A stretch of DNA of 64,000 bases from Epithemia pelagica (GCA_946965045.2 OX337229.1:5890001-5954000); one strand, 5' to 3'; shown: positions 21,040 through 30,549, numbered from the stretch's first letter. Notes: a model not told the origin generated them from the letters alone. Translations and numbers: made by a program.

Positions 21040-24000
21040 TTACTTGGACTCGTCCTCCGTGGTCGTCGTGGTTGGCTGATTGGTATCGTCATTGGCTTGT
21101 TCGAACAGAGCCAGCTCCTTTTGAAACGACAACAAGATGTCTTGCAACCCCGTTCCGCCATCGGCAACCTCTTCACAGAGATCTGCCGCATGGGAAACAC
21201 ACACTTCAAAGAAGTGAGCATCACGGACTCGAGTTTCTTTCCAGTCCACTAATACCTTGGTTTCCGATTCCTCCTCGGCCACCGGGTCCACCGTCTTTTT
21301 GCTGGTTCCCATCCAGGACGTGAACATGCTGGAGCGACCTTCCTCGGGCTCGGCGGGTGAGAGTTCGGCTTGGACGAGCTCGTCAAATTTCACGTCGGGA
21401 CAATAATGAGCACAGGCCTTGTCCAACATGGTGCGAATCCTCGGGACATGGACCTTGATGACTCGTTGGTGCGTGGCAGCCGCACAGGATGGATGAATTT
21501 CCGTCTCCATGCTCGAATACTGAGGCCTCTTGGTCATGCGTTCGTGAAGACTGTCGTCAATCAAGAAGCAGTTTCGCATTTCGGCACAATCAAAGGCAAA
21601 TCGCAGCAAATCAAAGGATTCCTCCGACGAAACAGAAAGGCTTGGATTATCCAATACGGCCTTGTTGAATTGTCCGACACCAAAGGCTTGAAGCATACCC
21701 GTGGCATTCCCGTCTTTATCGTGACCAACGACCTTGAAGGGAGTTGTGGCATCGGCACCTTGATACATGAGGATCAAATCCTTGCCGGCGGGATGAATAT
21801 CCAGCATGTTTTGCGTGATTTCATAAACACCATCCTCAATAATCATGAGGGGCGGCGAGTCGTCGTTCTGTTTGCTCTCGCCCTTGTCGCCATCATTGTC
21901 GTCGTCCTTCTTGGTATTGCGGGGCAAGGCACTGCGAAGAACCTCCCAGGGTGCAAACAGGCGCGCATGTCCCGACGGAACCCAACCCGGCGATCCAAAG
22001 CATTCGACTCGCAACCGTCCCGTGGCAATCCATTGTTCAATATTCACCAACGGTCGCAAGAGATTGACCACTTCCATGACAAAGCCAATATTCCCACAGG
22101 CCAAGACGGTGAGGGACGAGCTCCGCGTCCACTTGGCCAACTCTTCATATTCTTCACTGGACGGTTTGAAAAAGGTGGCCAACCGTTGTCCTCGGGGGGC
22201 CGATAGATTGTGTGTGGTAAAATTGGTGCGGTTGGTTTTGGCCCGTCCTTGCAGGACACTGCTCCTCAAGTCGGAGGTTTTCCCATGTTCACTGCCGGTT
22301 GCCAAGACATCAATGGACAGACGCTGATTGTATCGGGAAATGAATTTGAAATCCGATTGCATGTCATCCGAGAGTGCCTTGGTCATCCAAATGAGCCACT
22401 GGTTGTGCGGATAGGTATTGTCGGAATACAAATTGGTAAAGGGAGAAATGCCCGTTCCCGATGCAAAGTAAATGGTACGGCCTTCATCCAATCGTCGCAA
22501 GACATGAGACTGGTACACTTGCACAATCACCTTGGTACCCGGTTCTCCTCGTACCAACAAGCGAGAGGCGACTCCATCTTCCCATTCATGGACGGTCAGA
22601 TACAGGAATCGGACATGACCGGATCGGCCATTTTGAACGACACTAATCGAATACAAGCGTGCCGTGAGGGGCGTGATACTTTGCAATTGTTCCAGAGAAA
22701 TGTCCCGGTTCGCCATGGTGGCGTGGTCGTCCGAGGCGGCGGCAAAATTACGAATTTGCCCATAGAGGGCAATGTCGTGGACGCGGGGAATTTTGGGGGC
22801 CTTTTCTCCCAAATGGTAATTCAATTGTTCTTGCCACGAACTCAAGTCCTGGACTTGTACTTCGGCATCCGGATTCAAACCGAGCTTGTGCAAGACCAAG
22901 TTGCAAAACTTGTCCCCGACATCTTTCATGTTGCGGGGCAAGATGCGCAAATGATCGCCCAAGGAACACCGCATGCCTTCTCCTTGCAAATCCAAACACA
23001 CACTCCACATGGAGGAATCACCCGTTCCGAGGGGGACGGCCGTTTCGTACAAGCGTGCGGTATGACGGAGATTCCGTCCGGGTCGTTCGGCAAAGCGATC
23101 CCGTTGCGATTCTTGCAGGGCACTCCGAATCCGATCTTCGGTCCGATCCAAGGGATGACCGGAATATCCTCCCATGGTGGCCTGACGTCCGGTCCGGAAC
23201 AACATGGTCATGTATCCATACAATTTGATCAAGTGGCGTCCCAAAAAGCCATTGTCACCGGCAAAGGTTTGCAAGGCATGAGCAAACAAGCCTTGCAATT
23301 CGGGATTGTGCGATTTGCGAATGTACATGTCAATGTGGGTCGTGTGGACATTGTCGGGCGTTTGAATGGCGCGAATAAAGTTGCCCCATCGACGGGGATA
23401 GGCAGCAATGTGTCGGGCCACATCGGCTCCGTGAATGCCGGTAAACTTTTTGCGATTGAAAAAGCAATCCATGAGTTGAAAGACGGGGACCGATTGTCCC
23501 GTACTGGGCGTCACAATCGGCGTCCCATCCGGGGTCACCTTGGTACAGGGCATGGGAATGGCCGTATCGGCAAAGAGACGGGAAAAGACAATGGCATCGG
23601 TCTGGGTCAAATCCGTCGCGGCACCATGATGAGGATTGACTTGGGCAAAGACATCGGTAATGCTTTCCCAAATTTTGCAAATATGAATCAAGGCTTGGGC
23701 CAAGACGCGATCGTCGGCTCGGGCGGCTGCTTCTTGGGCCTCGACACAAAGGAGGGGCAAGAGTGCCCCATGGGCCATGATGAGAAGCATGGCCATGTAA
23801 AAGTGTTGTTCCGATTGATCGACGGGAGGCATGCCCAAGACATTGAGTTGCAATTGATCCAATTGCAAATCATCGACATGATAATGTCCCGTAATGCGTT
23901 TTTGTCGCCAATTGTAGGTACTGTAATCGAGCAGGGTATAAAAGGGCAAATCATAATACTTTTTGCCCGTGCCATCTTCGACATGCCAATTCAAGCGACG

Positions 24001-24780
24001 ACGAATTTGACCCCAGGCATTCAACAAATCTTGTCGCGGTTTCATGCGTTCCGAACCACAATACCAATAGGTTTGCAAGACGGTGCCCACGACGGACGAG
24101 GCTCGCAACAATTCCTTTTCGTTAATGCTTTCCACCGGAAAGGCGGGCATGGCATCCACCTTGGCGCGAAATTGAGTGGGAGAAAACAAGAGACGGTCCC
24201 GAATTTCCTCCACCAACCCATCCCAGGCAACCAAGGCTTCGTGACGGGTCAAAAATTTTTGCAAGGGGGCCTGAGAGGGCATGAATCCATTTTCCGGGGA
24301 CAAGAAGCCATCGTTTTCATGCGTGACTTCTTCGTACAAGATTTGTCGGGCCCGTGAGCCCATGGTATCGTCACCACCACCGGACAAGGATTGACGATGC
24401 CGTGCACCGGGAGACGAATGCTTTTTGCGACTGCTGGAATCCCCCGGCAATCGCAACGTGTGCGTTTGTCTGCCCATGACGACGGCCCTGCTGGATTGAC
24501 CGACAATGCCCAAGAAGGATTCTTGGATTTTGCGACTGCTAAAATCCCGGGTCGACTTGTGCGTCCGAATGGCCTCCTTCAAGGCAATGGCTCGACGTTT
24601 CATGGCACTGGGATTGACCTTGCGACTCAATTCATCCAAGACAGTATCCACCAGTTTGTGAAATTCGGTGCGAAACGATCCATCGCCTTCGGTGGTCAAT
24701 TGCGTCTTTTGCGTATCATCCTTGCGCACCTTGTGGGTTTCGTAGTCCGGGTCGAGGGGTCGACTGCAATTGGCTCCCAT
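21040..24780 (-). CDS. Indoleamine 2,3-dioxygenase-like heme domain fused to an FNR-type FAD/NAD(P)H reductase and a cytochrome b5 domain
   Basis: IDO-like motifs GFLSPENGFMP, YTLLDYSTYNW, TGQSVPVFQLMD, YPRRWGNFI, FLGRHLIKLYGYM and ATMGG. FNR motifs RLYSIS, GVASRLL, FASGTGISPF, VLACG and RVECFG. b5 motif IHPAGKDLILMYQGADATTPFKVVGH. Confidence 0.88.
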   Translation of the reverse strand: MGANCSRPLDPDYETHKVRKDDTQKTQLTTEGDGSFRTEFHKLVDTVLDELSRKVNPSAMKRRAIALKEAIRTHKSTRDFSSRKIQESFLGIVGQSSRAVVMGRQTHTLRLPGDSSSRKKHSSPGARHRQSLSGGGDDTMGSRARQILYEEVTHENDGFLSPENGFMPSQAPLQKFLTRHEALVAWDGLVEEIRDRLLFSPTQFRAKVDAMPAFPVESINEKELLRASSVVGTVLQTYWYCGSERMKPRQDLLNAWGQIRRRLNWHVEDGTGKKYYDLPFYTLLDYSTYNWRQKRITGHYHVDDLQLDQLQLNVLGMPPVDQSEQHFYMAMLLIMAHGALLPLLCVEAQEAAARADDRVLAQALIHICKIWESITDVFAQVNPHHGAATDLTQTDAIVFSRLFADTAIPMPCTKVTPDGTPIVTPSTGQSVPVFQLMDCFFNRKKFTGIHGADVARHIAAYPRRWGNFIRAIQTPDNVHTTHIDMYIRKSHNPELQGLFAHALQTFAGDNGFLGRHLIKLYGYMTMLFRTGRQATMGGYSGHPLDRTEDRIRSALQESQRDRFAERPGRNLRHTARLYETAVPLGTGDSSMWSVCLDLQGEGMRCSLGDHLRILPRNMKDVGDKFCNLVLHKLGLNPDAEVQVQDLSSWQEQLNYHLGEKAPKIPRVHDIALYGQIRNFAAASDDHATMANRDISLEQLQSITPLTARLYSISVVQNGRSGHVRFLYLTVHEWEDGVASRLLVRGEPGTKVIVQVYQSHVLRRLDEGRTIYFASGTGISPFTNLYSDNTYPHNQWLIWMTKALSDDMQSDFKFISRYNQRLSIDVLATGSEHGKTSDLRSSVLQGRAKTNRTNFTTHNLSAPRGQRLATFFKPSSEEYEELAKWTRSSSLTVLACGNIGFVMEVVNLLRPLVNIEQWIATGRLRVECFGSPGWVPSGHARLFAPWEVLRSALPRNTKKDDDNDGDKGESKQNDDSPPLMIIEDGVYEITQNMLDIHPAGKDLILMYQGADATTPFKVVGHDKDGNATGMLQAFGVGQFNKAVLDNPSLSVSSEESFDLLRFAFDCAEMRNCFLIDDSLHERMTKRPQYSSMETEIHPSCAAATHQRVIKVHVPRIRTMLDKACAHYCPDVKFDELVQAELSPAEPEEGRSSMFTSWMGTSKKTVDPVAEEESETKVLVDWKETRVRDAHFFEVCVSHAADLCEEVADGGTGLQDILLSFQKELALFEQANDDTNQPTTTTTEDESK

Positions 24781-25685
24781 GATGGATGCAAATCAGAATA
24801 CTGCCAAGGAAGAATGATATCGCACTCCTTTGCTTCTTGGATGGTCGTTCTCAGCAAGCGGGGGATGTTTCTCTCTGGTAGAACAGAATCCGTCGCTCCA
24901 CTGTCAATTGTCAATATACTATGACTCTCCCTGGTTGTTGTGGTGCCCACAATCAAAACACCAAACAACAAACTCTCTACCGGCTTTGGATTTGCAATCC
25001 CCAAACCAACAATAAACTGCATACAAGAAGACAGGAAAAGGGAGATCGAATATAAGATCTTATGGAGACATGACGATTTACGATGACCCGGCGAACCTGC
25101 CTACTGTTGAAGAGAGAGAGAATAGACAGAGGGAAGAGGGAATGGTGCTACGCGGTGGCGGTGGTAAGACGAGGATGAATTCGAGATGGCGACGACGGCA
25201 GCGAACAGCGAATAGGAGGTATATAATGACCTTCTCTGTGTCAGGAAGGGCTGTATGACGCATGACCCTGCCCATGAGGTAAACAGAGAAACACGCAAGA
25301 AGCAGAAAGAGTAGCAAAATTTTTTATGCTCTTTTAAAGCAAGCACGTGCGTATTGCGTATATCAATTAACGCATGACCCTTTTCTTCATCATACTCAAT
25401 CGCCGCTATGGGCCTCTAAGTCGTGACAACTCGTGATTCATGACTTACGTACTTCGTACTTGTGGGAACGTTCATTCCAAGTCCTTCTCATTTCGTAACC
25501 AGAAACCAGAGTGTTGTTGGCGGACGACAATCGAGAGCGCTCTTGTTGAGGAATACTAAATAATACTAAATACTAACCGAAGAAGCAGAGTATGCTTTGC
25601 TGGTTGCTGTTGTACCCTGGTTTTCTGCTGTGTTCTAATTTCTAATGTCTCCTTCGATGATGAGTAGCAGTTTCGGTTCTACCTT

Positions 25686-26129
25686 CTACCGTGTCCCCTG
25701 TCCCGTTCCCGTGTGATGATCATTGATTGTACCCGCCAGAACAGCAACCTTTGATTCGAACTTTTGCTGCCACCTCTCTTTTGGAGATTGTTCCATTGTT
25801 CCATTTTCGTTGATAGGTTCCGTATGCGTCAAGGGGCTATAATTCAAACCAATCTCCCAACCAGCTCCAAAGATCTCAAAATGTCTTTGAAATTCAGACA
25901 TCAACCAGTGTCGAGTGTCGAAGCAGAAGACCCATAAATCTTACCCACCTTTCTGTGGATTCATAGTCGTATGGGCATGTTGTAATGTTTGGTACGATCG
26001 ATTCGGTGAGATCGTAGCCCACGTAGAGAATTGCCGGTCGCCCCACGCGCCGTCAATTATCAACTCCCCCGCAGCTGTTGTCCACAATTCGTTCATTTCC
26101 CATAAAAAATTTAGATGATCCATATCCAA
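25686..26129 (-). CDS. Possible small two-exon hypothetical protein
   Basis: Two short ORFs join in frame if a 60-nt gtaaga...aag intron (25885-25944) is removed. No domain recognised. Confidence 0.2.
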
Positions 26130-26499
26130 CGCACCTCAAGCACTCTACTCTACTCTACTCTACTTGCTAGTACTCCTAGCTAGGAAGAGAAAGCGCATAG
26201 TTCTATTATAGTTCCACCAACGAATAGTAGAAGTAGTCGAGACTCTCGATGAGAAGAACACAGCCTTCCGGTCCTCGAGTACCTAGTACCTTTCTACTAC
26301 TACTCGTAGAACATAACCAGGATGATTGATGGGTGAGCCATATTATATATACCGATTGGCCACAAGGAATCGTGGCCGCCACCCTTCCTCCATGCATCGC
26401 ATACCGTAGAAACCAGTTGCACGTTCGCCACTCCGGTTCCATGTTGAGAAATCATTCTCTCCCAAACGATACCATTGCTTTCCGAAACTAGGAGGCTTC

Positions 26500-27921
26500 T
26501 TAAATGTCATTGGGTTCTTTCGCCGCCGCCGCCGTCGTCGTCGTGGTGTTATTTCTGTGGGGCAGCAGCAAACTGGGTTTGTGGGCCGCAATCTGGGCGG
26601 CGGCGGCCGCGTGCCGTTGATTGCGATTTTGCAAAAACAGCAGGGTGCGACGACTTTCCAGATAGAGTTGATCGTTCCATTCATCGCCCTTGGCAAAACA
26701 GCGAATCATGTGTTTGGGTTTCAATTGATGTCCAATCACCAAATAATCGTCCTTGGTACACCGGCCCGAATTTTTAAAAAAGGGACTCATCATCCACCAC
26801 ACATCCAGGGGCGATTCGTTTAACCAAATGCCCACGGACGTGTCTTCGCCTTGATAATAGACCAAGTTGGGTTGCGAGGCCAAATAGGCCGCGACGGGGC
26901 GTGATACAACGTGACCGCAACTGCCGAGCGGAAAATAGGGATACTTGCGGGGTATATATTGATATTCGGCCCATTTGCCCGCTCGATGAGCAAGAGCATC
27001 AATGCCAATGTGACCCATGACAATTGGTTGTTCGGGATTGTACAAATCCAACAAGGCGCGTTGCAATGTCGAGATGCGGGCCACCATGTCATCGTCCGTC
27101 TTGAGAATCCATTCCACATTCGGTTGGTTCCGAATGACCCATTGATAGCCAAAATGGACTTTGTAGGGCAAACTCATGTAGGATTCGGGCAAAATGACAT
27201 CAATCACGTCTCCGTACGTGTGCGACTCATTCACCAACTGTTCTTGGACCGTCTTGGTTTCGTTGGTGTGAGGTGTAGCCACACCACCGACAATAAAATA
27301 GACGGAATGACCTTGGGCCCACGTTTGTCGAATGGCTTGACGATTCGCAAAATGGGACCGAGACGACAAGCACAGGACAATCAAGGTATCGTTGGGATAC
27401 CGCGCCGACGGCAAGGGAATCGTCGTGGAGACTGGTATGGCGGGTTGACTGTAATTGTAAAAAATACCCTCCGCCTTCCATTGTTCAATCTGGTCGTTGT
27501 GAATTTTCTTCAACTGGTCGGGAGTCAACACAGGAGTGACACTTTCCGGAGGAGTATCCTTCGTTTTGACGATTCGGAATTTCTGGGTGGTACTCGTCGT
27601 CGTCGTAGACAATGGCTTGGTATTGGACAATGCTGGGTTTGATGGATTCTCGGGTACCAACAATGGGTTTTCTGGTGCAGCCTCTTCTCCTTCTTTTTCG
27701 AGGCCGTCCGCCAACCGATGAGGGGTGACAATGGTCAGGGCTTGTTTCAAGGACCGTTGTACAAAGAACACCGAGACTGCGAGTAATGCCACACCGTAGT
27801 AGTAGTTTCGAGAACGACGACGAAGAGGACGACAAGTACGGCAGAATGCATCGGCCGATTTGTTGTGGTTGCGACGGCTCCTCTTGTTGCGAGGGACAGT
27901 GTACATGTCCATAGGTTCCAT
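26500..27921 (-). CDS. Beta-1,3-galactosyltransferase-like glycosyltransferase (GT31), type II membrane
   Basis: N-terminal TM (YYGVALLAVSVFFV); motifs NRQAIRQTWA, LPYKV, WILKTDDDM, YPYFPLGSCGHVVS and GEDTSVGIWL. Confidence 0.88.
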   Translation of the reverse strand: MEPMDMYTVPRNKRSRRNHNKSADAFCRTCRPLRRRSRNYYYGVALLAVSVFFVQRSLKQALTIVTPHRLADGLEKEGEEAAPENPLLVPENPSNPALSNTKPLSTTTTSTTQKFRIVKTKDTPPESVTPVLTPDQLKKIHNDQIEQWKAEGIFYNYSQPAIPVSTTIPLPSARYPNDTLIVLCLSSRSHFANRQAIRQTWAQGHSVYFIVGGVATPHTNETKTVQEQLVNESHTYGDVIDVILPESYMSLPYKVHFGYQWVIRNQPNVEWILKTDDDMVARISTLQRALLDLYNPEQPIVMGHIGIDALAHRAGKWAEYQYIPRKYPYFPLGSCGHVVSRPVAAYLASQPNLVYYQGEDTSVGIWLNESPLDVWWMMSPFFKNSGRCTKDDYLVIGHQLKPKHMIRCFAKGDEWNDQLYLESRRTLLFLQNRNQRHAAAAAQIAAHKPSLLLPHRNNTTTTTAAAAKEPNDI

Positions 27922-28088
27922 CCTGGAACACACACAAGTTTGCAATCGTTTCGGTATGGTGCTTTTGGTGGAGGGAATCTCAATGTGTTGATCAACTGTG
28001 GATCACAACGGATGGAGGGTCGTGTGAAGTTGACCATACACATACGTAACAATTTATGTACTCAAAATCCTCCAATACTGCTAGTAGC

Positions 28089-28162
28089 GCCTCTATAGCT
28101 CAGTTGGTTAGAGCATGTCATTAGTAATGACAAGGTCCTGGGTTCGATTCTCAGTAGAGGCT
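28089..28162 (+). tRNA. tRNA-Thr (anticodon AGT)
   Basis: Acceptor stem GCCTCTA/TAGAGGC, D-arm GCTC..GAGC, anticodon stem TGTCA/TGACA with loop TTAGTAA, T-arm CTGGG-TTCGATT-CTCAG. Confidence 0.95.
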
Positions 28163-28171
28163 TGCGGAACC

Positions 28172-28528
28172 TTTTAGGCCAGGGAAAGCCGAAAACCTTA
28201 ACGCTAAAGGAGTAGCTAGTGTCTCTAGTCTACCACTGTCCTCATGGTGAGGACAAGTATACCCCAGTACATTTTCCTACGCAACGGAAAATCACTCAAT
28301 TTTTTTCAAAGTGGTTTTCAAGGCTTGGGGTAAAAATTCTCTACGGGAAATCGAATATGAGGAATTTTTTGATATGTTCAGTGGTCGAATCGGCCAAACT
28401 TTTTAAAGAAAAACTTATGTTCCAGATTTGAACTTCTGGTAGGCTTTCTACTTAGGGTACCCGGAGGTAGACTAGACACTAGCTGAATCTTTTTGGCCAC
28501 GTAGAGCCGAAAACCTTAACGCTAAAGG
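28172..28528. repeat. ~39-bp direct repeat flanking the MITE-like element; core GAAAACCTTAACGCTAA recurs at 28191, 28509, 30731 and 32678
   Basis: Seen directly. Three of the cores lie just upstream of LSm10-derived sequence; the 28191 copy is the upstream arm of the direct repeat. Confidence 0.8.
28214..28484. mobile_element. MITE-like element with ~20-bp terminal inverted repeats
   Basis: AGCTAGTGTCTCTAGTCTACC (28214-28234) and GGTAGACTAGACACTAGCT (28466-28484) are reverse complements apart from a 2-nt indel. The interior is AT-rich and non-coding. Confidence 0.55.
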
Positions 28529-28566
28529 TGTATCGAGTCGATTCCTCTTTCATTTTCTTGTGAGAA

Positions 28567-28998
28567 GTGACAATGACAAGCAACCCACGGAAATCATCGT
28601 CGTCGTCGTACGGCAAGGCGACCTTGGGATCCTTGCTTCGTCATTTTGTGGATCAACATTTGACGGTGGAACTCAAAAACGGACGACAGTATCGTGGCAT
28701 TTTGTCGTCGGCCGAAGATAGCATGTCCTTGCAATTGGTCGAAGCCGTCCAACTGGCACCGCGTGGGAGTACTAGCAAGAACGACCACAACAACCAGCGA
28801 GAAGACGAACCCAAGAATTCTTCCTTGTCTTATTTTCCCACCCTCTTTGTTCGAGGATCGACGATTCGGTACATTCATTTTCCCAATCATTGCAATTTGG
28901 CAGGAACCATCAAGGCGGGACGAGAACGAGAAAAAAGTGCGGCCCATCGCTATCAACGAGGCATTCGCAAACAGCCAACCAACAAGGCACCACCCTAG
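28567..28998 (+). CDS. LSM10: Sm-like protein, LSm10-like (U7 snRNP-type)
   Basis: Sm1 motif LTVELKNGRQYRGILSSAEDSMSLQL and Sm2 motif LFVRGSTIRYIHFP. The 'RYIHFP..CNLAGTI' tail matches the LSm10 pattern RYVHIPDDVNITSTI as I recall it. Confidence 0.72.
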   Translation: MTMTSNPRKSSSSSYGKATLGSLLRHFVDQHLTVELKNGRQYRGILSSAEDSMSLQLVEAVQLAPRGSTSKNDHNNQREDEPKNSSLSYFPTLFVRGSTIRYIHFPNHCNLAGTIKAGREREKSAAHRYQRGIRKQPTNKAPP

Positions 28999-29085
28999 CA
29001 ACAACAACAACAACAACGACGACCTTTGGATGGTGGTGTATAGTGTGGCGGGTTCCATGTCACTCCGTCCTCCTCTTCTTCATTT

Positions 29086-29372
29086 GTGGAACGCAATGCT
29101 CATTTCTCGCAACAACACCAACAGGCTATATGGTCTCACCCCTTGCAGCAAGCCTCCAAGGCCTTGACCCGCTTGTTGGGTCCGCAGGTGGTCGAGGCCA
29201 TTGTGTAGCCCAGCATTACCCAGTACCAAACATGTCGTTCACGTAACCATTGCACATTGCCCGACAAGCGCTCCCTCAGTACTTGTGGCAAGCCGTGGAA
29301 CCATATACTGTGGAATGCTCGACTTGTCAAGCTCCATGAAACGGACGATGACCGAGTCCAATTGTCGATTCA
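29086..29372 (+). pseudogene. Deleted/frameshifted fragment of the FAD monooxygenase gene at 33038-34648
   Basis: Matches 33467-33615 and 33700-33828 with indels and an in-frame TAG (gtgtag vs gtgcag). Confidence 0.85.
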
Positions 29373-29399
29373 GCCGACGATTGCGGAGCCGGCGTCACC

Positions 29400-29625
29400 A
29401 CCGCGCGATACTTCCTTGGAGGATCCGTTGCAACTCTTTGACAACTTGACACCTCTCGACGAAAACAACTTGGAGGAGGATCAACAAGAGTATGATGCCT
29501 TCTTGTCTCTACTGGAAGACTATCTAGTTACACTACGGTGTGACGACACTGTGGCATTACGACTGCAATTTCAGACTAATACGGAATAGCAGACTACTAC
29601 GTAGTAGATGCTGCTGGTTCCACAA
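29400..29625 (+). pseudogene. 3' fragment of a paralogue of the Zn2Cys6 gene at 57587-58927
   Basis: Encodes EDPLQLFDNLTPLDENNLEEDQQEYDAFLSLL vs EDPLQLFDNLTPLDENTLGETDPEYEAFLSLL. The downstream DNA also matches the reverse complement of 57330-57415. Confidence 0.8.
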
Positions 29626-29628
29626 GTG

Positions 29629-30549
29629 TTACATGAACTTTTTGTATTCTTCGCTCTCCAACCACGCGTCAAAGGAAATCAACCCTCCAATTTCCTTGTC
29701 ACTGTTGTGTTTGCGAGTCTTGGTTTCGGGCCCATAATATCCGTACTCTTCGAACCACTGAACCATGTTGGCCAATTCTTGCGCGCCCTCAAACAGGGTA
29801 GCAAACGTTGTGGGATCCTCATACTGGACACGACCTGGTTTGCCCAACTTGTGGGAAATCTTGGCGACGATGTCTTCTACCGAAATCGTTTCGACTTGCA
29901 AGAGAATGCTGCGTTGGTTGTACTTGGCTGGATCCTGGGCCGCGGCCAAAACCGATGGTCCCACTCCGGTGGCAACGTCAAACTGACTAAACGGGTGCCC
30001 CTCTTTACCGGGCCATGTCCAGACCAAGGTACCATCCTCCTCGGTTGCCTTGAAGAAGGTAAACCAGTTGGAATAATAGGCCGCTGGTTCGACGGCTGTC
30101 ACGGTCTCAAAGCCGAGAGTTTGGAGATGTTCCCAGGATTCGGCCTTGAGGGAAAAATGAGGAACGTGAATCCTTCCTCCCGAAACCTTGTCCACATTGG
30201 TCAGGGAGGAGAAAATAACGTGTCGGACTCCGGCTTGTTTGGCTTGGTCGAAAATGGCATTGGTGATTTCGCCTTCCTTGGTTCCAATGTCGGGGTCCCA
30301 AAAGTTTACCACCACAAAGGCAATGTCGGCTCCCTCAAAGGCTTTCGAAAGAGACGATGGGTTCTTGACGTCTCCCGCGACCATTTCGACGCCTCGTTGC
30401 TTCAAGGCGTTGGCGGCCGGAGAGTCCACATTGCGACTCACACCTCGGACTTTGAAGGAGGAGGACGACGAGAGAAAGGTATTGACAACCGAACAGCCCT
30501 GGCCTCCAAGGGCTCCAAGGACGGCAATAGTTTTGGGATTCACAATCAT
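29629..30549 (-). CDS. NmrA-like family NAD(P)-binding Rossmann protein
   Basis: MIVNPKTIAVLGALGGQGCSVV, KVRGVSRN, AFEGADIAFVVVNFW, HVPHFSLK, and ELANMVQWFEEYGYYG. Confidence 0.9.
   Translation of the reverse strand: MIVNPKTIAVLGALGGQGCSVVNTFLSSSSSFKVRGVSRNVDSPAANALKQRGVEMVAGDVKNPSSLSKAFEGADIAFVVVNFWDPDIGTKEGEITNAIFDQAKQAGVRHVIFSSLTNVDKVSGGRIHVPHFSLKAESWEHLQTLGFETVTAVEPAAYYSNWFTFFKATEEDGTLVWTWPGKEGHPFSQFDVATGVGPSVLAAAQDPAKYNQRSILLQVETISVEDIVAKISHKLGKPGRVQYEDPTTFATLFEGAQELANMVQWFEEYGYYGPETKTRKHNSDKEIGGLISFDAWLESEEYKKFM

Noticed and set aside
22210-24357. 715-aa plus-strand ORF antisense to the IDO fusion (similar cases: 51721-52824, 29608-30582, 11107-11877, 49865-50551)
   Set aside because: These are codon-aligned shadow ORFs of real genes on the opposite strand and carry no motifs. 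They are expected from codon bias.
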